Below are positions 42,436 to 57,833 of a stretch of DNA of 64,000 nt, one piece after another (the first letter of the stretch is position 1; each line of letters begins with the position of its first letter). The translations under genes were made by a program, and so were the position numbers. Origin of the DNA: the human T2T-CHM13v2.0 reference genome, Homo sapiens. The notes below the pieces were generated by a model. It was not told where the DNA came from and ran no database searches. It saw only the letters and a program-made list of their open reading frames with translations. The DNA is taken from NCBI RefSeq assembly GCF_009914755.1, contig NC_060936.1. One strand, 5' to 3'.

Positions 42436-45400
42436 GAAAGTTATTTTTTTCAAAAACCAAAGGTAAAGACAAATTCAAGGCTTACTTCAACTTTGAGAAA
42501 ATGTCTCCTACTAGTTCATTGATTATATCTTTCTGCCTTGTTTGTTTGTTGTCTTATTCTAGAATGTCTACTAGTCTTTTGTATCTCCTCTGATTGGAAA
42601 CTGATACATCTCTTACATATTTGCTTATATTTTGCTCTTAATTTTCTGAGATAGCCTCCATATGTTTTTCTCATAAGAACAATTATATTTTTAATTTTCA
42701 TGAATGTTTTATTCTTCTACTAATTGTTCTTTCCTCATAAATGTTTGTCAAAGTTGGGTACATATGTTATCTCTTCATATATCCCTAAATTTACTAATTA
42801 AAATTTTTTGTTTGCTTCTTTTTTTTATTTTTTAAGTTATAAACCTTTTTCAGAATTACCTATGCTTCTTTTAGAGTTGACTTATTCTTTCTAGGTAAAG
42901 ACTTTTTTCTTTTCCTACTGATTTTTCTAAAAATCTGGTAATTGTTGCTCAGTTATATTTAAAATGAAGGCCTAGATTTATTCATTTAGGTAGCTTGCAT
43001 AGTTTCTTTTACATATCTAGCCATTTCTATGAACCTGAGTGCTATCTATACGTCCATTTGCAGCAGCAAGTCAGGAATAATGATATGTTATACTTTAAGT
43101 GTCAGATAAGTTCAACTCTTCACCACCAAAAACAATGATCATACCACGCATCACACAATCCAAACTGAGGCAGTAGCCCGAGTCTGAAAAACCAGGCTTA
43201 ATTTCATTAGATGCTTACCTGGTTTTCTACTTGAAGTAAAGACACTGATGTATACACTCTAGAGGTACCCAAAGGTGATGCGAGGACTCAATTAGAATGT
43301 ATAAAAAGGCAAGTGAAATTCAATGAAGACAATTTTAAAAATTTGATAGGGATGATATTTTCCCCATCTTGTTCTCTTTTGTCCTTCTCGGAAGAGCAGT
43401 AACAACCTATTAGTCTTTGTTGTCTCTTTTATTTTGAGATATATAAAGGATACTTCTTTTGTATAACTTTTTTCCCTGAAATAAAATTTCTCAAGCCAAT
43501 TTTCATAAGTTTTACTTTGAAGGAAAAATACCTTAGTAGGTTATATGTCATTCATATACATATTCTAAATGGCAAAAATTACTATAAATAAATTGTTTAA
43601 AATGTAGTCTAGACTATATTATTTCTCCCTGGGAGTATATTGGCATTTTGGGTCAGTCAATATTTTGCTGTCCAGAACTGTACTATACACCAACAGTTAT
43701 ATAGCATCTCTGTTTCTCTCTTCAATATGTCCCCTTTCTTGTCCCTATGACAACCTCTAACAACATAGCACATTTTCACTGTCCCTCAAGAGATAGGATT
43801 TAGACCAATGGCCTTACTATATCAACAGCCCAGCCAGCCGCGTCATTTTCCAATAGGTATAATTGTAGTAATATACAGTATGTATTCTCTTAGTCTAACT
43901 ACATTTTAAATAATTTGAGTACAGGAACCATTATTAACTGTGTTTCCCCTGGAATGACTAGCATGGTAATAGATGATGCTTATCTTTTAATGAATATGCT
44001 ATTTGATGAACCTCATTCTGTCGAGTGTGGCATCAGTAATGGGTGTAACTATACTGGTTTATCTGTGGCTACATAGATTCTCAATATCAGGATTTATAAA
44101 AACTGAGATGTAATGGAAATGTGGGTGAGTGAGAGAGAGTGAGAGAGAATATGGATGTGTTGTACTAAGTCACCATATACTGATTTCAGGCAATACCTAG
44201 GTTTTGAGAGATCCTAAAGAAAAAACAAAAGAAATTAAAACATTTGCAACAATATTTAAAACCTAGCTTGTGTTTATTAATATGCAAATTTAAATATGAA
44301 ACAGAGAATCAAATCAGATTTGGGCAAAGCATTTATTGAGTAAATTTTATGTGACTGGCCAGGAACTGCAGTTAGCTGTAAAATCTGAATTCTGCCTTCA
44401 GGTTAAAACAGTCCAATATAATGCGATGCATGTGGGCTTTGTGATGAGATAAATATTTGAATTAATACCAGTTTCTATCATTTGCTGAGCAAAATTTAAA
44501 GATCTATACATTTGGAATGGGAATAAAAATTTGAAGACATACCAAGGTAAAACTTAAATATATCAGTTGACTACTCAAACAGAAAAGCTCAAAGTCCTGA
44601 AAGGTTTGTAAAATTAGAATTTAGCAGCGAGGGCAGGTGTAGGCCAGTTTGCCAGGGCATGTTCGAAGGTAGTAATTTATCTTTGGAAAGAACAGATTTA
44701 GATGATGGGTCAGAGGCCTCAGTGTTCATCCACAGACTACTTAACATGGAAGTTGTAATGTACAAAATGAAAATATTAGGGCAGTGAGCAATCAATACAA
44801 GTTTTTGTACCAATTAAGAATGGTTGCATTAGCTAGCTCTTAAATAACTCTTCTTTAAAAAAATTGTCAAGTGACTTTCAGAATATATGTTATAAATTCT
44901 AATTCCCATGTATAAATCACACTGATAAATTGCAGTTGCATTACTTTGTAGATTTATTTGTAAACCATGGTCAATAATGGACTCTGCCCTATAATACTAT
45001 AATGTATGACAAAGTTACAATAATTTAAAAAACATGGTCTTTGTGAGAAAAAAGGACTTTAACCAAGAAAAAGTACAGACAACTTATATGGATATTGGTA
45101 AATATGTAGAATAGCATGAACACAATATACTAAATATAGAAGGAATTCTTTAGTTTATAAATAGCTTCATCAGCATTAGGTAAAATAAAAATAATATCTG
45201 TACCTTTCAATATATACCAAAATGAGACATAGATGATTTGAGTATTTGTTATTCACAAAGTAAAAATACATATTAGGGAAATCATCTTTTGGTAAATATT
45301 TACAGAATGTTATAGTAGAAAGTCCATTTTAAGAATGACACCATAGTCAAAAAGCATAAATGGAAGTTTTAATATATTGGAACACAAATTAATTATATTT

Positions 45401-45512
45401 TTGCTCAGAAGAGTATTGGAAATAATTTGAACAACATTCCTGACATAATTACTAATTGTCTTTACTAAGTTTATATATCTCTGGATTTGAGTATAATTTT
45501 TAAATATTTAAA

Positions 45513-45800
45513 TTTTTTTTTTTTTTTTTTGAGATGGAGTCTCACTCTGTTTCCCACGCTGGTGATCTCAGCTCACTGCAGCCTCTGCCTCCGGGGTTCA
45601 CGCCATTCTCCTGCCTCAGCCTCCAGAGTAGCTAGAACTACAAGTGCATGCCACCACGCCCGGCAAATTTTTTGTATTTTTAGTAGAGATGGGGTTTCAC
45701 CATGTTAGCCAGGATGGTCTCGATCTCCTGACCTAGTGATCCTCCCCCATCAGCCTCCCAAACTGCTGGGACTACAGGCGCATGCCACCACATCCAGCTA
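45513..45800 (-). mobile_element. Alu (AluSc/Y-like) with internal deletion and atypical 5' end
   Basis: poly(T), 'cacgccattc', 'ttagccaggatggtctcgatc'. Confidence 0.92.
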
Positions 45801-48176
45801 GTTTTCATATTTAAGTTAAAATCTTTGTAATAATGAATCTGTCTGTTCAACAAAACATTAGGGGAATTCAGAAACTACTTAACCAAAAAAGACTATAGTT
45901 ACACTTCTATCTATCTAGATCAGTATACAAGCTTCACAAAATAGGCCCCAGAGCCTCACTTTTGTTTTTCTGGTTTATAAATCAAAATAAAATGATGCAA
46001 ATGGAATTTTCAACATTTACAAAATTTATAACTGAGTGATATTTTCAGATCTGGAACTAAAGTTATAAGATTTGCATTTTAGTTCCATTTATTCTACATA
46101 TTTGGAATTTTTATTTTAGCCAGATAGCACATTTTCTTAATTATCAATATACATATTTTTCATTTTTCTAAAATGAGTATAATTTTATAATTTATAAATG
46201 TATTTTATGTGGTAGTAATGAATTTTTGTTTTTATCAAAGTTACAATTTAATTATAGTCATCTTAAAACAATTCAAGGCCATTTTAGATTCTAGAATATA
46301 TGTTGTTTTATTCTTTTATTATTTCCACAGATACATAGTCAGTGTCTGCTCTGGGCTAGACTCTGTCTGGGTACCAAAGATGTAAAAACTAATAAAACAA
46401 AGGTGGTCCCTGGTTGCCTGTGGCAGAGAAAAGTAACCAGAACATATATTTTTAAATTATTTATTAAACAATCCATTTCAGGCTTCTGTTAAGGTGGGGT
46501 AAAGACATGAGTCTTATTTTCCCAATAGGAAAGGCTAGAAATTAGGGGCTGATACACACCAGCTAGTTTGTTCTACCATGTTGCTGGAACCAAAGCTGAG
46601 ATTATTCCCTTGAACCAAAAAAGAGGAATGCAGCTGATGTTGCTATCACTCAAAGCAGAGACTGAAAACCTAAGTAATCCTTCATATCTGACTGATTATT
46701 TCTATCTGGCATGTGTAAAGAGTCAATTCTGATTCCTCTCATTTCACTTAAACAAAATATTAAATATTCATACGTGGGAATTTACGTTTGAAGGATTCTG
46801 TAAGAGCCGTTGGCTGCTGTTTGCGCTTTGACCAAATTGACCTGAGCTTCCATGGTATCTTAATTTAGTCACACAACTCTCTAGCTTTTGCATGTTGACA
46901 CGCTCAGTCATGTTCTTCATGGCATATAGTGTCAGAGTGGCTAGTCTTAGCAGTCTTTTATGACACCATTCCAGACTTCTTCCTCTTTTAAGGTGGTTTT
47001 TGTCATGTTTACTTCTCCAGGTCATTTCAATCCACCAGAAGTGTTCTAGTAAAACTGGATCCCAAAAGATGAAAGGTAGAAGCCTTGAAACATTTCTACC
47101 CAGGGGATTCCCTAAACTTTATGCAGATTGGACTATCCCATCCCAGTAATCATAAAGTTCTCTAAAATGAGGAAAAGGAAAGGGCATGTTTATATTATGC
47201 AATGAATATCCCATTACACCCTTTCTACAGAATCGTGGATGCTCTCAAGTGTGATACTCACAATTTGTAACAACTCTCTTGGGACAGGCATTTACCTAAT
47301 CAGAATGGAATCTAACACAAACCTTACTCGAATGCTTATCAGTCTAGTCTACATGTCTAACATATGCATAACTAAAAGCTATGATTTAAGAAATTCTAAG
47401 ATAACTCCATTAGTAGAAATTGTAATATTCTAAAAGTGTTTAAATGCCATTATACCTTCTTAAAAACATAAAAATTAATAAATAGCTATTTTATGAACAC
47501 TTCTCATCAACACAATTACAATGCATGCATATTGGTAGCAGGGGTTTCGTTGAGCATAAATATTCTGGACATACAGTTTCAGGAAAGGATTTGTGAGAAT
47601 TAATGTCACACTTGAATCTGGAAAAATAAATAGGGCTAAGCCATGAAGAACTAGGATTAGAAAACTGATGTAAATGTCATACACAAAAATCCCGAGTGAG
47701 AGGCCATGGGGTGTCAGAAGACTAACAGTCATTGAATCTGGCAGAGGTACAAAGTTCAGGAAGGGCAATTATTGAAAAATGATGCTAGAATTATTAATAG
47801 GGGTCAGATTAGAAAAACCCTTAGAAGTAATTATATAGATTTTGGGTTTTATTATGAAATTAGTGTAAGAAGTAAAATGTCTTAAACACAAAAGATGACA
47901 GGATAAAATTTGAGTTATTAGAAACTTAACTTTATAATATAAAGAGCTGACTAGAAGTTGTAGAATAGATGAAATGAGATCAGTTTTAGACCCTGCTTTA
48001 TGTTTTATAACATGCCTTCAGGCTGAAGGTCCCTCTGCAGTGTGTCTACAGCAAATGCCTGGAGAGTTGTGATTGTTGATTTATGCCTGATTTCCTAAAT
48101 CCGTGTGGTAATCCAAGCAAGCAATTCTGATGAAAGCAGAGCAACAAAGAAGATTCCTTCTTTCTCAACTACTGTA

Positions 48177-48825
48177 CAGAAAGTCCTTGAATGATATCAT
48201 TGTGTTCAACGTTGTTTTGTTATAACTTTAATAGGGAAAAAACGTCCCTCGATTTTTAGCCAGGAACACTGGTTATGTGGATTTTGCATATTCTCCCCAT
48301 GTCTGCGAGGGTTTTCTCCAGGTACTCAGGTTTCCTCCCATACTCCAAAGCTGTGCACGTTAGGTGAATTAACATGTCTAAACAGTTCAGTCTGAGTGAA
48401 TGTGGGTGTATGTGAGTGTGTGCTGCAATGGAATGGTATCCTTTCCATGGTAGCTTCCTGCCTTGTGTCCTGTTTCTGGAATAGGCTCCAGCCACCTACG
48501 CATAGCCTTGAACTGGAATAACTGGGTAAATACTTATCTTACTTTTTAATTATTTTTTCTTAAATATCTGCATAGTTAAAATTTATTTCAATGTTTAATA
48601 TTAATAGTGTTTTATGACTTTAAAGGGGAATATTTAAAAAAATTTAAACACAGTGTTTTGGTCTTTCTTTAGAAGCTTTGTAACTTTTTTTGACCAGAAA
48701 TATGCGTCATAAACTTAACTCTTGTCTACATCAATCACGCTCTGATAAAATTAGTCTCACATGTCATTTTGCTTAACATCACAGTTTCCAAGAGCCTACA
48801 GAAAATGTTAAGTGTGGACTTACTG
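48177..48825. mobile_element. MER6-type Tc1/mariner (Tigger) non-autonomous DNA transposon
   Basis: Terminal inverted repeats cagaaagtcc.../...ggacttactg, preceded by TA; internal 'ttctccccatgtctgcgagggttttctcc'. Confidence 0.85.
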
Positions 48826-49058
48826 TTTATTTCAAGCTTTTTGAGTATGTGTATTGTACGTGTTGTAAGCTAACTTTGTGAGGGTAAAATATTATTTTCA
48901 TTAATAACATGTTAAAGAAACATTTTTTGCCAAAGAAAAAATCTAATCACAGATTGAGAATGATTTAGAGTTGGAAGACAGGCATCAAAACCTATGAAAT
49001 GGAACATATTATTCAACTTTTAAATAGAAGAGAGATAAGCTGATTAGTGAAAAGCCTT

Positions 49059-49430
49059 TCAGTTGGTCTTCCATATTTATGGGCTCTGCATTCTTGGATT
49101 TAACCAATGGGATATAAACTATTCACACATAAAACAAGGATGTTTGTGTCTGTACTAAACATTTACAGATTTTTCTTACCTTGTCATTATTCTTTAAACA
49201 ATAAAGTATAACATTATTTGTATAGCATTTACATTTTATTAGGTGTTATAAGTAATCTAGAGATGAAAAAGTATACAGGAGGATGTGCATGGGTTACATG
49301 CAAAGTACTACCTCATTTTATATAAGGGGCTTGAACATCCATGAATTTTGGTATTTGAGGGGTGTCCTGGAATCAAAGCTCCCTCACCACAACCCCCTGC
49401 ACCTAAGAATACTGAGGGCTTCCAATTGTA
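49059..49430. mobile_element. MER2-type Tigger DNA transposon
   Basis: 'atagcatttacattttattaggtgttataagtaatctagagatg', 'cttgaacatccatgaattttggtat'. Confidence 0.85.
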
Positions 49431-52004
49431 CATCATTGCCCGTTGCCATTTGTAGTACAAATTTTTCTTAGGTTAACAACCCACATCTGTTGGGAGTAAA
49501 AATTATTTCATTTTTGTTTCATCACTTATTAATTACAATCACAGGTAGATTCAGTATCTATCCTTATTACTACCTATCTATTCACCTTTGCTGAGGTGAA
49601 CAGGAAAGGCTGGCTCAGGAATTATGCTGATGAATAAAACATCAATGACCTAGCCTCAGCATACCAGGAGGTCTGGCTATGAGGGAGAGAGGAAAGTGCA
49701 GGTCAAGAAGATAAATGTTATGACATTAATCTATGTGAAGCAGATAGATGGATGATTATGTTATGAGTTCCAAAGAGGTTTGATTGGATAGACTTGAGGC
49801 AATTTGTTCACATTTAGACCCAGAATTCTTAAATTTAGGGCATGATATTTGAAGCTGTGATAGTCTAGGAAACCTAAAACAGAAAAATAGTTAAACTTAG
49901 GTCACTTTTTTTGAGAAATATTCAAGCAGAGCATATCAGGAGTTATATGGTCTTCTCTGTGACAATTTTCTCATTACAAAAGGAATTTTGAGTAAATATT
50001 ACCTTCACTTCTTTCAATCCAAGGATTATGTGATTCTGTATTATAGTTTAGGGTATGTATTTACTTTATATATATATATATTTACTTTATGTATATATGT
50101 ATTTACATATTATATATAGTATTATATATTATTTATGTATTACTATATATATGTATTTATTATGTAAAAATATGTATTTACCTGAAGTCTTTGGATATCT
50201 ATTTTATTCATGTAAATATTTAGGTAGACTAAAAGCATAGATATAAAAAGCACATCTACATAAAGGAAAAAAGTTTCAAATTGAATGACAAGAACATACA
50301 ATAAAAATGCAAGTATATAATTACCAGAAACACATATTCAATGAAACGTACAAAGGCATAATCTTAGATGTAATCGTATCTATAAATTGTCAAGATTTGC
50401 AGTGAATTTAGGATAAAACTATAAAATATCGAATTAGTAAGCCTATGAGAATAAAAATATCTCTGAATGAGATGTTATTACAGGTTTCTTATTTTTTTAA
50501 TAACATCTTCCAGTAAAGACATACCCTGTCAATTTTGGATTGGGGAAAATCACCATATATTGCTACTCAATGTTCATCTTCATTTTGGAAATACACAACC
50601 ATGTATGGATTTGTAAAGAATAAAGAAAATATCTTTTTTACTTAAAAGACATATCTTTTAGTAAGTCATAGTTAAATATGAGCCTATTTTGCCTTTTTGG
50701 TTTTCTAATTTGACTATATAGGCAGAAATTAAGGTCATCTAATATATTAAGAAAAGTTATGGAACACGTGAGTGCCATGGCTATTCTGAGTGTTAAATTT
50801 CTCACAAAAGACTAGGTACTGATGCTCAAAACAGTCTTTTCCAAAAATTATTTGTTTTGAACATTTCTTAAATTATGATATTTCTATTACTCTGATTATG
50901 AATTTGATTTGGGCTGCTAGAGAACAGCTGTTTGGCATTATTAATATAATTATAAAACCTGCTACTACAAATTCCTAGATTGGAAATAAAACAGCAAATA
51001 AAGTACCAAGAATATCAAATGATAGCACTTGCCTACCTATATTTTTTGTTCTTAGAGGTTATATCTGTTTTCTGTCTGTTTTGTGAATATAGCTTAAGGC
51101 ATTGACAGGTCATTGACTCTATGAGGTGTTATTCTGTACAAGTAGGCCTCTTATCTTTATTATTCAATTTGCAAGTAACAAAGGACCTTTTGTATTTCCT
51201 CTGTCAAAGATGATCCTGAGAGCACATAATGATATTCTCATTGGTGTACAATTGTTCCATCTTTGAAGAGGTTAGTTATACCATTTACAACATTCTTGGA
51301 ATGCATATTTTCTAAAAAATGAACACATGTACAATTTTTTAAATAAATAAATGTATTATCTCATACCACAATAAGTCCAGATGTGAGGTAGCTGCCAAAA
51401 TTGTTAAATAACTAATGACATTAGGAACTCAGGTTCCGTTCATCCTTAGTGTGTCAGCTTAGTTAGCCTCATTGTGATACTGAAGGTTTGTCAGACTTCA
51501 TATCCAAGCAAGGTGTCCAATCAATGAAGGCAGATTATCTCCTTTCTTTCCCTGTAGTCTATTTTTTATCACAGAAAATATTTCCCAGAATCCTCTCATC
51601 AAACTCTCTCTCAAAAAAATGTGTTTTAATGGTGTTGCATCACTTCCCATTTATAAACAAATTTTGCTAAGGAAAATGGCATTGTTATAATTAATTATAG
51701 ATGGTTGTTTAGAAATTCCAGATTACCCAAATATAATTCTGACATTACCATTACCAAGGAAGAAGCTACTGGTAGTCATAAATCAGTTTATCACAGAACT
51801 ATGAACCAGCCTGGCTGAAACATTTCAAGTCAGAGGATGAATTGTTAAAAATTAAATAGAAGTCATTTTCTCTGTTCTTTATGAATTTAAGACTTTTGAA
51901 ACCAACCAAAATGTACATAAGAAAAGTATATGTAGAGTCAATACACATATAAACCAATTTAATAATGAAAAGTAGCCATCAAAGTATCTAGTATAGTATA
52001 CTAA

Positions 52005-52233
52005 ATTAATTTTACTAGTACATTTTATTTAATACATTACAACCAAGATGTTTTTACTTCAACATGTAATTAATTTGAAGAATATTTTGAATATATTTTG
52101 CATAATTTTTCATACTAAGTCTTTGAAATCGAGTGTGCATTTATGCTTAAAATACTTCCCAATTTGGGCTCGCCACATTTCAAGTGTTTAATAGATACGT
52201 GTGGCTAGAAGCTACCAAATTGAAGAGCTCAGT
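52005..52233. mobile_element. MER33/MER3-type hAT-Charlie DNA transposon
   Basis: 'actaagtctttgaaatc', 'gccacatttcaagtg', 'gtggctagaagctacc'. Confidence 0.8.
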
Positions 52234-52336
52234 AAATCGTTTCAGAAACTATAACTTTTGTAGTTAACATGCCAGTTTGATACTCCTATCTACAATTCCC
52301 AGGGAATAATGCATACATGTTAAGAATGATGTAGGT

Positions 52337-52651
<315 letters not shown>

Positions 52652-52669
52652 TTAACAATGGCTTTTCTA

Positions 52670-52860
52670 GAAGAGTCATCTATTCTACTTCTGAACTGAA
52701 TGATCTTAGACAAACTGTTTTATCTGTATAGGTCTCAGTCAATTCATCTGTAAGATGGGGATCATAATTCTACCTAGTAACAGTGTTATCAGATTGTTAT
52801 GAATATTAGGCAAAATGTTCACAGATAAAGCACATACCATCATGACAAACAAGCTCTAAT
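52670..52860 (+). mobile_element. MIR
   Basis: 'ctcagtcaattcatctgtaagatggggatcataat'. Confidence 0.7.
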
Positions 52861-54444
52861 TATAAAATCAGTGACATTAATTGTTGAAAATTAATTCAAA
52901 ATTGTTAGCTGAATTTTTTTTTCTGTTTTTTCCAAAAAGGAATGTCATCATTTACATATTTAAATCAATATTTCCATATTATGGCTCCCAATGGCTAAAT
53001 ATAAGTATTTTGCATTTACTACTTAAAATCATGCTAGATAACAAATATATAATTAGGAAAACATAAGTTTTGATTCTGTCGGAGTTTATTCTCACTTTAT
53101 GAGTCATAGAACATACAGGAAGTTCTTTGCAGATAATTGCTCCCTGTGGTCCAGAAGTTAACAGATTGAAAGTAATAGCACATATTTCTCAGTACCTATT
53201 TAATTGACTCAGTAGACTAAGTATGTAATAACTCCATAATATTCAAATGTTTCAGAATATCTGTCTCAAATAAATCCTATTCAAGGTAGTGCCCAGAAAA
53301 AGATTAAAAAAAAAAAAAATAACAGGTCCCAATTAGATACATTTTTCTATTTAGCTAAAATCTAATCTGCTGGAAAATTAAATCTTTGAAAGCAGCAAAT
53401 CTTACCTTTGGTATTATTAAATGACTTGTGGGCTCTCTAGCTAAAAGAGAGTAATATGAGTCATAAGCTATTGTATCTTTTGCTATGATGTGGGTCTTGA
53501 AAGCAAGGGGAATAGAATAAGTTAGAAATGAACAGATAAGTGAAGTTTAGGGGACATGTTCTTACTTTTTCATTTCCAGAAAAAAAGAGTAACAGAATAA
53601 ATAAATCTGGCTACAACTGGGAAAAAAGTCAATAAATCAAATTCAGAAATTTTGCTATCATTACATTAAATATACTGATTGTGTGATGAGTACTGTGCAA
53701 AAAGGACGCAGGTATTTTGATAAAGATATTTTACATAAATCAGTCAAAATATATGTCTTGACCTGTTTGTGTGACAAAAAAGCATTAATTTGCTGCAAAG
53801 AGATTCTCAATATTTCATTCAAAGGTTTTTTTCTTATTAATAAAAGTTGCTATCACTGCACAGGGATACATTGTTTGAATGCTTAGGTTGATAGTGTGAG
53901 AAATACATGGTGGAACTAATAGAGATACAAATAAAATGAAACCAATATAACTCGTGTTGCATTTCCTACTAGATATGATAAACATTATATACAAATAAAG
54001 AATTAGCATAAAAATTAGAAAAACATTTTTAAAACTTACAGCATATATTTCAAAACATGACAAAAATACATAGAAGAAATGATGTCATATTTCTTCAAAA
54101 TCATTTTTGGGGTTAATATTTATTTTGTAATATTATATAAAACAAGGAACTATTTGTTTCATGCTTAGGGAATCTAGATATCTTAATCTGACCCTGCTCA
54201 TTATGCAGAAAATGAGCCATGTATAGATTTGGGCCTGATTGACTGTGAACAAATTAAAGAAACTACTTCAGTTCCCTCAAATTGTTAGGGCTATTAAGTC
54301 TGAAATAGGTTACAGAAAATAAATGATCCTCTACCAAAGTCATTTCAGGGACTCTTAGGAAGGAGTTGGGTTGGCTTGGGTTGAGAAAGGTCAACCAAAA
54401 AACAAAGATCAAATGCAACAGAAGGCAGCATCAGATTCAACAGA

Positions 54445-54780
54445 ATGGAAGGATTTATAGTGGTGAGGAGGGGAGAAATGGGGATGGTTAACAGGTACAA
54501 AAATATAGTTCGATAGAATGAATAAGATCTGGTATTTGATAGTACAACAGAATGACTACAGTCAACAATATTTTATTGTACATTTTAAATAACTAAAAGA
54601 GTATAAATAAAATGTTTGTAACACACACAAAAAGAATAAATGCTTGAGGCGACAGATACTCCATTTACCATAACATAACTGTTACTACACATTGTCCTCC
54701 TGGATCAAAATATCTCATGTACCCCCAAAACATATATAGCTACTATGTTTCCATAAAAAAATAAAAATAAATAATAATAT
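54445..54780 (+). mobile_element. L1MA 3' end fragment
   Basis: 'gatagaatgaataagatctggtatttgatagtacaacag', A-rich tail. Confidence 0.85.
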
Positions 54781-55294
54781 AAAAAGGGAGGTAAGGAAGC
54801 ATTTTCCTCTATACTCATTAGTCTGTGTGTTTCTGCAAAGGAGTGAACTGTTTTTCTTGACCAGTTCTTCAATAGAAAGAGAAATCCAAGAGTTTGCCTG
54901 CATGTTTTTAACAGTCTAGCAGAATGTTTCCTGACTACAAGAGACTAAAGAGATCAATTTAAAACTATATGTGATCTTTTATTAACAAAAGAAAATTCAT
55001 GTTGCTAACTAATTTTTGAATCTTGATCTTGGCTATCAAGAAACTCAGAGATAAACATTTAACTACTTTTAATTATTATACATTTTTTTCATTTCACAAT
55101 TTATTGTGTAGATCTTTTCATATTCACATGTTTAGATGTAATAGGGTATGTCTTGGGTACTGAGAACCAGTAAGAAGTGACTAGAAACACATGAAAGCAA
55201 ACGGACCAACAAAAAAAGCCTGAGTTTCAACCTCAACTCTTTTTTGCTAAAAATTATCTCTACCAAACTTTCCAATTAGCAACAGCTACAACAA

Positions 55295-55520
55295 AACAGC
55301 AGCAGTGAACATTTATTGAATATTTGTATATGTTACTGACATGATTATTTTATTCAATACTCACAATGCCCTTTAAGATATATACTGTGGCTATTCTCAT
55401 TTTACTGATGAAGAACATGAGGATTAGAACAATTAACTTGCCCAAGGTCACAGAACTAGCAAAGTGGTGGACTCAGTATTTAAACTCTGGACTGTCTGAC
55501 CCCTACAGCACATTCTTAAT
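55295..55520 (-). mobile_element. MIR
   Basis: 'attaacttgcccaaggtcacagaactag'. Confidence 0.8.
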
Positions 55521-55529
55521 CAGTTTGTC

Positions 55530-56050
55530 TTCCCATTACTGGGTATATACCCAAAGGATTATAAATCATTATACTATAAATATGCATGCACATGTATGTT
55601 CATTGCGGCACTATTCACAATAGCAAAGACTTGGAACCAACCCAAATGTCCATCAATAATAGACTGGATAAAGAAAATGTGGCACATATACACCATGGAA
55701 TACTATGCAGCCATAAAAAGGATGAGTTCATGTCCTTTGCAGGGACATGGATGAAGCTGGAAACCACCATTCTCAGCAAACTATCACAAAAACAGAAAAC
55801 CAAACACCGCATGTTCTCACTCATAAGTGGGAGTTGAACAATGAGAACATATGGACATAGGGAGGGGAACATCACACACCGGGGCCTGTTAGTGGGTGGG
55901 AGGCTAGGGGAGGGATAACATTAGGAGAAATACCTAATGTAGATGATGGGTTGATGGGTGGAGCAAACCACCATGGCATGTGTATACCTATGTAACAAAA
56001 CTGCACGTTCTGTACATGTACCCCAGAACTTAAACTATACCTTTAAAAAA
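55530..56050 (+). mobile_element. 5'-truncated L1PA7/8-like 3' end
   Basis: 'tcccattactgggtatatacccaaagg' to 'ccccagaacttaaa'. Confidence 0.92.
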
Positions 56051-57501
56051 TGAGTTATGTACATGAATACTCAGGTTGAATAATTTATATTTAAACTAAA
56101 AATGGAAGGAAAGCCACATCCTTAGAGTACAGCATTCAATTAGATGAATAAATCTTTTTTATTTTACCATTCCTTTTATCAGTTACATTCACTATAATTA
56201 CCTTGTGTGCACCTTATATTCAGATATACTTAGTATATTATTAATTTAATAAACATATTAGTTATGAATACATATGGATGATATTCAGATTATATCTAAA
56301 CAGAGTAGATCTAGTTTATTTCCAGGCTAGTTATATTGAGTTGAAAACATACTGTGCTACAATAAAAATAATTTAAAATATACTGATTAGGTCTTTGATC
56401 AAAGGCCTTTATTCTTCAAGCTGTTAGAGAGGAGGTTAACTAATTTATTAGTGACTGTTAGGAGTACATGAATATGAGATATTAGTTAAGCCCAAAGGAA
56501 AGGAAGTTGGTTTATTTAGCATTTAGCTTTCTTCGTATGCTCCTTAATTATTTGTTGCAAATTTCAATACAATCTACTTATTGCTTTATTTGCTTCCCTG
56601 TGATCATTAATTTTGTTGCCAAAACAAGAATTTTAGGTTTGCATAACATATAATTTCTAAATAGTGTGCACACATTACTTTACCTCTCCCTCACAACATC
56701 CATGTACAGTAGGCAGAGTAGAGCTTATTTTCTAATTTATTTACTGATCATGAAAATGAGACTTAGTCAATCTGGTCAAAATCCTTGGCTACAAAGTAGA
56801 ACATTTAGAACCAACCACAGGCCTTTTAATTTCATACCATAGGCTCTTCCCCAACACATTCTATAAACAATTTCTAGCTTCTAAAGTTGTAAAGCCATAT
56901 TTTTGTTTTATCTTCACCTTGGTGAGGTATTCGTAATTTCAGGATGGTACTAATAAAGTGAAAGTAGAAAACGTGAAATCAGAATTTTTCAAATTCTTGT
57001 TGTAAAATATCAATTTTGCTCCACTTCTCAACTTCATTAGTCTCACTACAACCATAAAATCAAGACACATCTACAATATATAAAATACTTGGTAATATAA
57101 TACATTATGAGTATACAATACTTAGATATCAAAAAGAGTATTTTATCTTTCAATCTAAAACTCCTAACTTTATGTACCAGTTGTAGTCATTTTTTCCTTA
57201 GAAATATGTTGCCCAAACATCATAACATTTTAGAAATGTAAGCAAATCATACATTATAAAACATTTAGAGTTGTAAGAAAAGCAGATTGAAAAAATAAAA
57301 TGTAATTTGTCTTTCTAGAAATAACAGTGACTAATATTTTAAATGCTATTTTAATATTTAAAATTATTATCAAATAAGTATTTCACATTCATATTTTATT
57401 GCATTTTTGTGTGTTCATATTATTTATAAATATTTATAATATTTTACATGTGCCTATGCAGCCATGTACATATAACAATGTTTACATAATTAGAAACATT
57501 G

Positions 57502-57833
<332 letters not shown>

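Noticed and set aside
53400-53450. Possible minus-strand micro-exon with donor-like and acceptor-like sites
   Set aside because: Motif-only evidence of a kind that is frequent by chance, with no recognisable peptide
54738-54753. 16-bp match (agctactatgtttcca) to the insert flank at 26939-26954
   Set aside because: It lies in a decayed L1MA 3' end and does not extend. The 21157-21198 match is far longer and includes the Alu, so this is probably coincidence
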